64,000 bases of DNA from Schizochytrium sp. TIO01 (taxonomy: Eukaryota; Protista; Bigyra: Labyrinthulomycetes): NCBI GenBank assembly GCA_004764695.1, contig SMSO01000031.1, positions 906,436 to 970,435 on the forward strand, given 5' to 3'. The position numbers were made by a program, and so were the translations under genes. Positions 22,794 to 32,571 of this stretch are shown in pieces. How positions within the stretch are numbered: position 1 is the first letter of the stretch; each line of letters starts with the position of its first letter. The notes beneath the pieces are model-generated. The model made no database searches. It worked only from the letters and a program-made list of their open reading frames with translations, and had not been told where the DNA came from.

Positions 22794-25163
22794 TCATGGC
22801 ATAGATGCTGGTGAGCCCACACGGTTCTTCCAGTCTTTAATGCGCGTTGCGTAAGGGTTAATGCCGTCGAGATGTTTCTGTACTCGGGTTCTGCGCTCGT
22901 GCTCGGACTGCACCTGAGAACGTTTGGTCTTAAAAACTGCAAAGTTCTTGGCTTTGGTCTTCTCTCGGGCGGCATGCAAAGATGCAGCAGCTTCTGCAGC
23001 TGCCTGACGACGGGTCAAAGCTTGATGCCGACGGTACTCATTGCGAACAGTAAGATCGCGGTTCTTGATAAATTCTTGTGAAGCTGCCTCCGCCTGAGCA
23101 GTACGCTGCGTTGTGCGTGCTTTGCGCTCCATACCTTTGATGAACTCCTCGTGCACCTTAGCCTCTACCATCTCCTTAGCAGCTCCAAGGAACATGTTTC
23201 GTTTCTGAAGACGAGTTTCTTCCTCTTGCAAATTGCGAATCTCAGTCTCACGGCTCGCACGAATCTCTGCTAGTCGATCCACGAGTCCCAGTTTCGCCTC
23301 ATCGCGTAGTTCTTGTTCCAATCTCTGGCGCTCTTCGTCTCGCTCCCGCTGCTCACGTCGAGCCTTCCGATTTGCGGCAGCTGCAGCTTCACGTGCGCGG
23401 CGAATTTCGTGCAATCGATTCTTCATGGCCTTTTCTTTCTCGACTTTGCTCGAAATGATTTTACGACGGATTTCATCTTTTTCCTTCGCAAACTTAATCT
23501 CATTCATTGCAAGTCGCTCCTTCAGCTCTACAAGTGACATTTCCTCAAGTAATCCATGACCCCCGCTCTTGGTCGGGTCAAACTGGGTCACTCGAACCAC
23601 AGGCACGCGCTCTAGAGCGCGAATGCGTCGGATCATGTCATTTCGGAGCTCCAGCTCCTTGGCGTCATCAATCTTCTTCTGTGCCTCTCGTTCCTTTTGC
23701 TCTTCCCTTGCCTGCTTCATTTGCTCTCGATTTCGTTCTACAACCTTTTCTCGTTCCTTTTGAGGAATGTTCCGTCGAGCTTGAATTTCGTTGACAATGG
23801 AACGATTGCCTTCGACCTGCTCTTCCTTTTGGAGCTCCGAAAGAACTTGAATTTCTTTGCTCTCAACATTCATTTGTCGCACAACGCTCTGGTTTTCTTC
23901 AAGTTTGCGTTCTTGAGCCATTTTGGCCTTTTGTTGCGATAGCACGCTCGCAAGCCGTCGTTCTTCGACCTGTCGCATACGATTGCGCTCATCTTCCTGG
24001 CGTTGCTCTGTTTGCCACTTGTAAAATTCAGTAGAGTCTCTAAGATTCTCCTCGTACTCTTGTAACAATTGTGCCTCCTGTTCTTGTTTTTTCTTGTACA
24101 GCGCATCTTCACGTAGAATGGCTGCGGTGTTTAGTTTTACAGAGCCAGCTTGCGATTCAAAGTCAGGCACTGGGTTTGCTCGGAATTTTTTATTAAGAAT
24201 CTTATTCAACTCTCGCTCCTGGGCCTCTACAGCTCTAGACAGGGTGTCTTTGGTCTCACTAAGCTTAAAAGACTCATCTTTCTCGTACTTCTGCCTTGTT
24301 TCCTGCATTTTCTGTTCTTTTGCTGCCTCGCGTTCTGCCTCAATATCCGCGAGGCTACGCAAGTTCAAGGTTTTAGGAACTGGGTTCGCGGTGATGCATT
24401 GCTTGATCTTCATTGGTTCAGGTACTCGCACTGGCCTCACTGGGGTGATATTGAACGGCTTTGGAATTGTTGGTGGCTTCTTCAAGACCTCGGAAATTCC
24501 TGCAACACTAGAACTTTCTTCTTGCCGTTGTGCCAATCCAAACGCGGCTTCACTAAGTTCATCGCACAGAGCCTTGGCCTGCGCATGTGCACGATCTACA
24601 TTTGCAATAATAACCCTTTCAACAAAATTCAGATCATAGTATTGAATCCACTTATCTTTCACCCACTTCTCTAGTGTCGCTTTGTCAAAAATATATGAAA
24701 GAAACACGTGCATTTTTTCGGCAGCCTGAGATCGTACTAGTCTAGCGAAAGCCGGAAACCCTAGTTCCTCAAGACGCAATAATGCCAAGTAAGACAAAAT
24801 CATGTACTTTGTATAATCTCCACGAGAGGTTGTTGCCCCATTATTAAAGTAGAAACTCGTGATCAGGGTTTTTAAGATCGCTTTATACCGCACACATCCA
24901 TATAAAACCTGCTTTACAAACTCTTTGTCTGGCGCGAGTACATCGGAGCGCTTTGCGAGTGTCTCTTCGGCATGCGAGTCAACAGTGATGACCACGGGAT
25001 CGAATGTTTTGAGTGTCTCCTCGCAAAGACTGATGAGATCTCCTGCGCTTAGTCCCTGAATTTCTCCTGAACCTCCCCGAGACATTGTGTTCGCCGTCGT
25101 ACGACTCTTCAAGGACCCCATGGCCAGCTGGCCTTCATCGTCTTTCCTTTCCGACAGCTCCAT
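22794..25163 (-). CDS. CFAP99: Cilia- and flagella-associated protein 99-like (789 aa)
   Basis: QVLYGCVRY, YLALLRLEELGF, KMHVFLSYIF, T.PKPFNIT, KLNTAAILREDALY, GHGLLEEMSLVELKERL and a long coiled coil. Confidence 0.85.
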   Translation of the reverse strand: MELSERKDDEGQLAMGSLKSRTTANTMSRGGSGEIQGLSAGDLISLCEETLKTFDPVVITVDSHAEETLAKRSDVLAPDKEFVKQVLYGCVRYKAILKTLITSFYFNNGATTSRGDYTKYMILSYLALLRLEELGFPAFARLVRSQAAEKMHVFLSYIFDKATLEKWVKDKWIQYYDLNFVERVIIANVDRAHAQAKALCDELSEAAFGLAQRQEESSSVAGISEVLKKPPTIPKPFNITPVRPVRVPEPMKIKQCITANPVPKTLNLRSLADIEAEREAAKEQKMQETRQKYEKDESFKLSETKDTLSRAVEAQERELNKILNKKFRANPVPDFESQAGSVKLNTAAILREDALYKKKQEQEAQLLQEYEENLRDSTEFYKWQTEQRQEDERNRMRQVEERRLASVLSQQKAKMAQERKLEENQSVVRQMNVESKEIQVLSELQKEEQVEGNRSIVNEIQARRNIPQKEREKVVERNREQMKQAREEQKEREAQKKIDDAKELELRNDMIRRIRALERVPVVRVTQFDPTKSGGHGLLEEMSLVELKERLAMNEIKFAKEKDEIRRKIISSKVEKEKAMKNRLHEIRRAREAAAAANRKARREQRERDEERQRLEQELRDEAKLGLVDRLAEIRASRETEIRNLQEEETRLQKRNMFLGAAKEMVEAKVHEEFIKGMERKARTTQRTAQAEAASQEFIKNRDLTVRNEYRRHQALTRRQAAAEAAASLHAAREKTKAKNFAVFKTKRSQVQSEHERRTRVQKHLDGINPYATRIKDWKNRVGSPASMP

Positions 25164-25969
25164 CCTGCTTTAGCACTACTTCGCAAGGCAGAAACCGAAA
25201 CGTCAAACACGACGTCTGACAAAACCCAACACACCCTCGTTGCGCGTTCCCAGCTAGATAGCTAGCCAGCCAGCTGGCTGGCGATTTTGCAGTAAGCTTG
25301 CGCTTGCAGGCGCGCATGCAAGCTTTCTTCCAGCCTCAAGGCCCTCAGTGTTGCCTCAAGTATGTCCTTGCCTCTCCTACGAGCATCAAGAGCGCATTCC
25401 TAAATTCCATACAGGTTCCTAATGATTATACGTATCTCATCAACGATCCGTTGAAGTACGCACTTGAACAAGCCACCGGACCCTTCGCAGCAATGCTGAC
25501 TAGTCTATTCCGTTAATTAGGGGTCCACAAAACATTAGCTATATCAGCGATCGAACACATAATTGCATAATAAAGGTCCAGTGTATTTGCCTTTTAGCAC
25601 ACCATCATTCGGCGGTTAAGAGTATTCTAAGTGAGTGTGCGAAAGAGCAAGATGGCGGCACTTTTTGGTATGTGTCAAATGACAAAATGACAGCAGGGAC
25701 AGTAATGGTCTATCTATTTGTTGGTTAGTAGAGATCAATATAGCTTACGTATGCAGCGCGATTCTTTGCGGTTCTTGGAGATTAAGGGAACCTTAGATCT
25801 AGCAGATCTAGTACGAGCTACAAACGTCTATTTTTCATTGAGGGCCAGACTGGGTTAGCTCTGCGTCACAACCTTTGCCTTGCTCTGCTCTGCCCTGTTT
25901 AGCGCCAGGCCAGGGCAGAAAGCAACTCGGAAACTCACATACACAGGCGTGGAGCCATTGGTACGGAGA

Positions 25970-28900
25970 ATGCCACAGGGTTACCATGGAAGCTCGCCAA
26001 GGCGCCGGGCGACCTCTCTAGGGAAGCTTGGTTTTTCACCAGCGAGTCCACGCAGTAGCAGTCGGTCTCGCAGGCATAGCAGTCCACCGCCTCGGACAAG
26101 CAAACGTGACACAACACATCAGCAGTTGTCAGAGCTAAGAGAAAAGATCAGAGGCCCCTTGCAAAGAGAAGGAGAGGATCTCAACGTGAGTAACAGTGCC
26201 CCCAAGCCAGTTGGAGTCCTTCGTCGACGCCTTTCATCTTCGACAAATGCGGTTGTCACCAGAATACGAAGCATGTCTAGTTCAGATCCAGCTGTACCAA
26301 AAAATACCGCTCTCGAACGCATTCTCAGTCGGTTTGAATTTTATGCCGTGTCTTCGAATACAAATTCACGGTCAGCAACTGAACGCCCGTATCTGACAAG
26401 AGCTAGAGTTCGTCAAATGCTGTTGGATGTTCAAGGGAAAAAGTCACTTAAACTACTCGATGCGACTATGAATGCGCTTGACACACACCACACTGGGCAA
26501 ATTCACTATGATGAATTTGTTAGCTTTGTGTCGTGGGGACCAGAGGAGCTCGCTTCTATTGCGATTCGGCTGCGTCGCAAGTTGAAAAATAGTGCAAACT
26601 CAAGCTTGTATAATTGCTTTGCATTAGTTTCAGACACAAAGTCGCACAATGTTATACCAGAAAAACTTCTAGCTCTCATTGACCACAAACTAGATATTCA
26701 GCTCACTCCCGGCGAGGCGCATTGGATTGCACATAAAATTGGACCATCCTTGCGAATATTCAAAAGATATCTCAAAAGCGATGTGAGCACATTAATCGAG
26801 TCTTGGACTTCAGATCATGAGTGGCTTACAGATATTGCTATTTCTTTTAGCGCAAAAGAGGACGAAATTAGAAAAGAGCAGGGTTTTGAACCAGTCCCTC
26901 TCATCCAAACGGGCCAAACTTCGCTTCGAGTGGGATTGCCTCGATTCTGGATGAGACGTACATCAAGGAATTCAGCTCATGATGGGAATGTATTATCCAA
27001 AACTCAGCGGCGCATTCGTGTAAATCGGGCAACTGGAGATGAAGGGTCTGTTGATTCAGCAGCTTCAGATAGTGCAGGTAGTGATGACGATGCATCTGAA
27101 CAAGACTCAGAGCATGCTGATAGTGCTGACTCATCTGCATCCGAGGATGATGAGGATGACAGCGAAGAAGAAGATAGTTCAGAGAATGAGAAAAGGCGTA
27201 ACAGAAAAGATGCTCAAAGTAACTCTAAGAGGTCAAGATCTCGCAGTTGCCTTGAGAGCAAGAGCGCACGTGGAGGATCACCTACAAAGCGAGTTCTTCA
27301 CCATGGGAGTATTGGAGTAGCTCCACTCAGCCAACTCGAGATCGCAGAAGGCAAAACGGATGCAGGTCTAGTTGCTGATGGTTATGTTTGTCTGGAAACA
27401 CCTTTAGATAATCGTAAAATACGCTTGGCAAAAGCCCCTTATTTGTGGATGCGCAGAGAAGCTGTTCGATTTGATACTGTTTCGGAGCCCGATGCTATCT
27501 TAGAAGTGGCTGTCACTTTAGGGAATGCATCAAAGCGAACCTCTCCAGTATGGACCCCCCCATGTCGAGGATTCAAACGACTGTGCTTTAACTTTGCCAC
27601 AGCTGCAAAGGCTTTAGAAGCGACAAAACATGGAAGCGAAGCCTTCACCGGAATATGGACTCATGACTATTTTTTATGGTACCGCAAAGCAGACAGCACA
27701 TACACGCGAGAGCAACTTGCAAGCTGGCGTCACAAGGGGCTTGCTCAACATGGATGGCGGGATGAGCAGCAACAGCCGCACGGTCAAGCACTACAAACAC
27801 GTCTGCGAGAGAGGACTAGATCCCAAGTTGCAGAAATACGTAAATCAGCTGGAAAGTACTTCGATCCTGTCGATATTTTAGACCAGGTTGCTCCAAACAC
27901 AGACCGCCTTAGGAAGAAAGCTTTTGTTCAAGGTTTACATAAACTCGGAATTCAATTATCTGCGCATGATCTCGCGGCAATTTTTGACTCGCTTGATGTT
28001 TATGGGAATAATTATGTTCTTCGAGAAGATGTTGTGGACTTTTTTGAGTTATCAGACAAGGAGCTCGAGAATATCCTTATCCAAATTCAAGCATTTATGC
28101 GTCATTCAAAGCGTGAAGGAGAGACTTTACTTCGAATTTTTAAAAATCTAGACACGCGTGGTAATGGAAGACTTACAGCTCGTGATATTCATAAACTTCT
28201 TTGTAAAATGGGCATTCTTGCATCAATAGCTGAAGCTCAAAGGCTTATCGATCGTATCGACACAAATGAAAATGGAGTTGTGGAAATGGAGGAATTTGTA
28301 GATTTTGTGCATCGAGGTGACCTCTCAAACCGAAGTTCAGATATCACTATCGTCTCTTCCAATGTTCGCGCTGCAGCGCGCAAGCTCCATGAAATTGCAA
28401 TCCAGCAAGCTCAACTTGGAATGAACACCGGTAGGCTTTCTCATAGTCTAGATACCGAATTTGTATGGTTACGCCTGTTAGGACAACAAGCAGACAGGCT
28501 TTCGGGTAGAGCTTTGAGAAGAAAAATCCTCGACCCTCATCGATTAAGGCAAATTCTTCACAAGAAAGGGCTTCGACTACGTAAAGAGGAGGTCGTTACG
28601 CTGGTTGAATCTCTCGAGCCAGACTTTGACCGCCTTAAAGGACTTGGGTTCAAGAGCTTCGATCGTTTTGTGCGTCACGTTCAGCCCACAGACGAAGCTG
28701 AGGTTTCAAAGAAAGATGAAAAGGTGGAGGAAACCGCACTTGTGGTATCTCAAGAGCAAGGAAAACGACAATCTAGACTTGCTCACGTCATTGAAGACTT
28801 GAACACTATCCTTTTGAACCAAGGTACAAGCGCACCTGACATGTTTGATCGACTTTTCGCAGAGGAACTCGGACGGAAAGCAAAAAGAGTCAAGAATCAT

Positions 28901-31213
28901 GTATTTATCATGGGTCTTGAAAGGATTGGAGCCCTTGCACGCCTACCGTCCACGGGAGATCGAGATCGTCTTCTCTCACTGCTGGACCAAAATCGGGATG
29001 GCTATATTTCTAAAATTGACTTCACGAAATTTGTGCAAAATGTATTAGATGAGGATGAAGCATCAACTTCTCAAGCCCTTATTTTAAGGAGTCCTACCCG
29101 AAATGACGCGCAAAGCATAGATTCTTCGGATTCACATTCTTTAGATTCAGACGATGAAAGCTCAAGTGATGAGGACGAGCACGCAAATGCGCCCTCGTCT
29201 CCTCGAAAGAGAAAAAAACACGATGAATCTCATTGGTGGCTTAGTCTCGAGGGTAAGTCTACCAAGGCACATGCTGCAAAGTCTCCTCGTAGCCAACGGT
29301 CTCCTAAATCATCATTGCAAAAAGCTGAGAATGAAGAAGATCAAGCATTTGTGAGCAATCTCATGGCAAACGATGTCCGACAAAGTTGGCTGTTGCATCT
29401 CGATTCGATTAATGCCTTCTCTGCGCTCTCACAAGTAGATCAAGCTCAGGTTATACAACAAAAAAGAAACACAAATAGTCGTGATGGTAAAAGTTCAGCG
29501 ACTGTGTTGAATCTTTATCTAGTCCAATCTGCTGTTGAAGCTGCAGCCCGGGAGCATGGTGGTCCGCTGCAATTGCTGAAAAGGTTCCGTAAACAAGATA
29601 AATCTGGTAGAGGTTATTTGTCCAAGAGTGCCTTTAACAAAGTGTTAAGTAGCGTTCACCTCGAAATTCCAAAGTCTGAGCACAAAGCTCTTCAGACCTT
29701 GCTAAAAGACAGCAAAGGAAAGGTCGACTACTCCCTTTTCTGTGATATTGTGCAAAAATCTAGCGAAATAAAGGGCATAAATGTTGATGGAGTGCATCGT
29801 CGGCTAGGGAAACTATTCGAGCACTGTCAAGACGTAAGAAGTATTTTTGAGAGTTTTGATCGCAAAGGAGAAGGTAAAATACTTCAAAATGAGTTCGATC
29901 AAGCTCTTATGCTATGCAGTGTTGCAATCCCCAAATATGATTGGTCTGTACTTCAACCCCAGCTTGTACGTGAAGGAAAGGTAGACTACATGCAATTTTG
30001 TGAACTGCTCGAGACCTCGGATCTCGCGCATCCACTTTCAATGCATAAAAATCGCAAACCTGATGAGGTTCGTTTTTTCAAAGCATTGGTAGAGCATCGC
30101 GGTGCTTTGACCCATGCTTCTGATAGTGATTTACGAGAAATTTTTGAACCCTACGATGAAGATGGTCATGGTGTAATAGCCTGTGCTGACGCGTTTATCG
30201 CAATTGAATCACTAGTGTCCAAGTCCGACTTGAAAAACTTTGTTCCTCGCGAACTCATTCGTAGTATTGTTGCTCGGTATGCAAACGCAGATCGTTTTGA
30301 TTACCTTGCATTTTCTGAAGCATTTGAAAATTCGGCTGTCCATTTACAAGACCAAGGGGACTTCTTACGCCGGCTTTCCAACGACATCAGCCGAAGTACA
30401 AAAATCCTCAACTTATCATTTCTAAAAGTAATGGAGGCACAAGATGTACAAGGGTATGGGAAAATGAGCCGATACACATTCCGACGTTGCCTTCGACAAG
30501 ACCTGGGCATCAAAATTTCTGAGCGTGAGCTGGCTTTTCTAATGGACATTGCAGAAACCCAAGGCGATGGAAATGTAGATTATATTTTCCTTAATGAGAA
30601 GCTGGCTCTACACACTAACGCGTTACCTAGTGCGGAGAGCCTCGCCCGGCACAGAGAGCTTGTTGAATTACTTCAGCAATCAATAGATCATGCCAGACAA
30701 AACGACTCATTCTTCGATCTTCGTACGCGTTTCCATAGTTTTACCAGTGGGAAGGATATCGCTTCAGGACCACAGCTTGGCCGATTTGTGGCCAGCTTCA
30801 GTTTATTTGCATCAACGGAGGACCTAAGGGTACTTGCTCCAGGGGGTGCTCTCTCATTCAATGCTCTTTCCAAGCTTCTGGAAATTGATGAATCTGAATG
30901 GGACATCATTGCTGTGCGATGTAAGCGTCGCATGAACGACCTGGAGCGCCAGGGTAAATATTTCACCCAAGAGTGCTTTCTTTATGACGAGTGTGCATCA
31001 GAGGTCACTAAGTTGTCGCACGCGTCATCTGGCATATCTCGCCGTGCCTTTGTCAAAGTATGTAAGGACTTAGGACTTCCAATCAGCTTGGAGCAGCTCG
31101 ACATGATCCTTCGCCGGTTTCAGAACAAGGAAAATGGCCTCGTTACATACCAGGCATTCATAGATTTTGTATGCACCCGTGCGCGTTTGTGTGATATCAC
31201 GACAAGCTTTTAA
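25970..31213 (+). CDS. Large multi-EF-hand protein (about 1747 aa) with a putative MABP-like region
   Basis: Many EF loops (DTHHTGQIHYDEF, DTRGNGRLTARD, DTNENGVVEMEEF, DQNRDGYISKIDF, DKSGRGYLSKSAF, DRKGEGKILQNEF, DEDGHGVI). First ATG is at 25970. Confidence 0.85.
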   Translation: MPQGYHGSSPRRRATSLGKLGFSPASPRSSSRSRRHSSPPPRTSKRDTTHQQLSELREKIRGPLQREGEDLNVSNSAPKPVGVLRRRLSSSTNAVVTRIRSMSSSDPAVPKNTALERILSRFEFYAVSSNTNSRSATERPYLTRARVRQMLLDVQGKKSLKLLDATMNALDTHHTGQIHYDEFVSFVSWGPEELASIAIRLRRKLKNSANSSLYNCFALVSDTKSHNVIPEKLLALIDHKLDIQLTPGEAHWIAHKIGPSLRIFKRYLKSDVSTLIESWTSDHEWLTDIAISFSAKEDEIRKEQGFEPVPLIQTGQTSLRVGLPRFWMRRTSRNSAHDGNVLSKTQRRIRVNRATGDEGSVDSAASDSAGSDDDASEQDSEHADSADSSASEDDEDDSEEEDSSENEKRRNRKDAQSNSKRSRSRSCLESKSARGGSPTKRVLHHGSIGVAPLSQLEIAEGKTDAGLVADGYVCLETPLDNRKIRLAKAPYLWMRREAVRFDTVSEPDAILEVAVTLGNASKRTSPVWTPPCRGFKRLCFNFATAAKALEATKHGSEAFTGIWTHDYFLWYRKADSTYTREQLASWRHKGLAQHGWRDEQQQPHGQALQTRLRERTRSQVAEIRKSAGKYFDPVDILDQVAPNTDRLRKKAFVQGLHKLGIQLSAHDLAAIFDSLDVYGNNYVLREDVVDFFELSDKELENILIQIQAFMRHSKREGETLLRIFKNLDTRGNGRLTARDIHKLLCKMGILASIAEAQRLIDRIDTNENGVVEMEEFVDFVHRGDLSNRSSDITIVSSNVRAAARKLHEIAIQQAQLGMNTGRLSHSLDTEFVWLRLLGQQADRLSGRALRRKILDPHRLRQILHKKGLRLRKEEVVTLVESLEPDFDRLKGLGFKSFDRFVRHVQPTDEAEVSKKDEKVEETALVVSQEQGKRQSRLAHVIEDLNTILLNQGTSAPDMFDRLFAEELGRKAKRVKNHVFIMGLERIGALARLPSTGDRDRLLSLLDQNRDGYISKIDFTKFVQNVLDEDEASTSQALILRSPTRNDAQSIDSSDSHSLDSDDESSSDEDEHANAPSSPRKRKKHDESHWWLSLEGKSTKAHAAKSPRSQRSPKSSLQKAENEEDQAFVSNLMANDVRQSWLLHLDSINAFSALSQVDQAQVIQQKRNTNSRDGKSSATVLNLYLVQSAVEAAAREHGGPLQLLKRFRKQDKSGRGYLSKSAFNKVLSSVHLEIPKSEHKALQTLLKDSKGKVDYSLFCDIVQKSSEIKGINVDGVHRRLGKLFEHCQDVRSIFESFDRKGEGKILQNEFDQALMLCSVAIPKYDWSVLQPQLVREGKVDYMQFCELLETSDLAHPLSMHKNRKPDEVRFFKALVEHRGALTHASDSDLREIFEPYDEDGHGVIACADAFIAIESLVSKSDLKNFVPRELIRSIVARYANADRFDYLAFSEAFENSAVHLQDQGDFLRRLSNDISRSTKILNLSFLKVMEAQDVQGYGKMSRYTFRRCLRQDLGIKISERELAFLMDIAETQGDGNVDYIFLNEKLALHTNALPSAESLARHRELVELLQQSIDHARQNDSFFDLRTRFHSFTSGKDIASGPQLGRFVASFSLFASTEDLRVLAPGGALSFNALSKLLEIDESEWDIIAVRCKRRMNDLERQGKYFTQECFLYDECASEVTKLSHASSGISRRAFVKVCKDLGLPISLEQLDMILRRFQNKENGLVTYQAFIDFVCTRARLCDITTSF

Positions 31214-32571
31214 GCTAGTCTTTCATTAGACTACCTTATTCTGAATGTTGGATTCTAATTTTTAATCTCCAATCTAACCTTGCTAATCATTTTGCTGCTG
31301 GAAAGTTTGTTTTGGTCGAAACTTGAATAACAAATTTCTACGAACCCAATAATAGTTCCTCCAAGGGTCACAATTTGTTCTTCTACGTAGTACCCCTGAG
31401 TCTACCCGCAAAATTGTTCAGAAATCGAGACTAACTTCGACGATTGAATAATTCATGGATTCCATCTTACGAGGGGGTAAACACGTTCTTTTTACGTTGC
31501 GACTCATTCAAAGCGCCGTTGTTAATAGTTGGCAGAGAATTTTAAATTGAATCATGTTTAATTGAACTCAACTAGGGTACTTCTGCTATAGTTGAGACTA
31601 AGGCTATGGGTTCAAACGTAGACCTCAACGTCCAAGCTTGCTATATTGCCTTTCATTTGTTCACGAAAATGAAAAGTATCTTCTGAATATACTCATCGTA
31701 TAGCTCAACTCCTGACAACTACATGTCAATGATTTTTCGTCATTCTATAGTGTTGCTGCTGGTGATGTCTTTTCAGCACATTTCAAAGAATTCATCCTTC
31801 ATAGAATAAAAAATGAAGAAACTGGCCTCTCCTGGGAGCGCCATAGTGTCCCTGAGGTGTGTACCTCCATATTGTTTTCGTGGTCTTTCATGACACCACT
31901 CGAGGCGGACGATAGAATCGCACAGTCCCCAATGAGGCCTTCCTCATGATGCGCATTCCATGCTTCCAAACCGTCTTCTAGGGGATTTGGACTCTACCTT
32001 GGTGAATGTAGGCCAGCGCCTTGCGTTATATTGTACAACTCCCTCTGCGCTCCGCGGACTTAGGTAGTAGATCAACCTAGACACCACGAGATCGCTTTCT
32101 TCCTTGTTTTCTTGCTTTAAGACTTCAAACATAGCATAACAAAGACGCTAGGCAGAGAGAGGCTTGTGGGGTTTAAGTGAAGTGCCATCGTCGCCAAGAC
32201 ATATTTAAACTTGGCAGAAGTCAACCCGACTTGCATCTGCCTGAGCAGTCCGCAAGGTCACCTGCTTACTTATTTGCTGTCCTTGCACAGGGCAAAGCCA
32301 GAGGAATAACCAGTGTATACTGCAACAGCATCTTTGTGGTAACTCGGGTTTTCCATATTCTTCAACGTGTATAAAGCTGAGCAAGCCTATCCACTACTGC
32401 AGTACCATTATCAGAGACGACAAAACTCTGCTTCGAAACAACAAATCTTATCGATCGCCGCGCTCTGGTATCATTCCTCCGTTTGCTCTGTAGCTCGTAT
32501 AAGGAGAGAGCTTTAGAAGTCTTGAACGAATCTGACAAACCGTTGAAGGTTTGTTGAGCTTGTAAAAAGCC

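Noticed and set aside
31560-31630. tRNA-like GGTTCAAA with a nearby hairpin
   Set aside because: No cloverleaf or acceptor stem can be formed.
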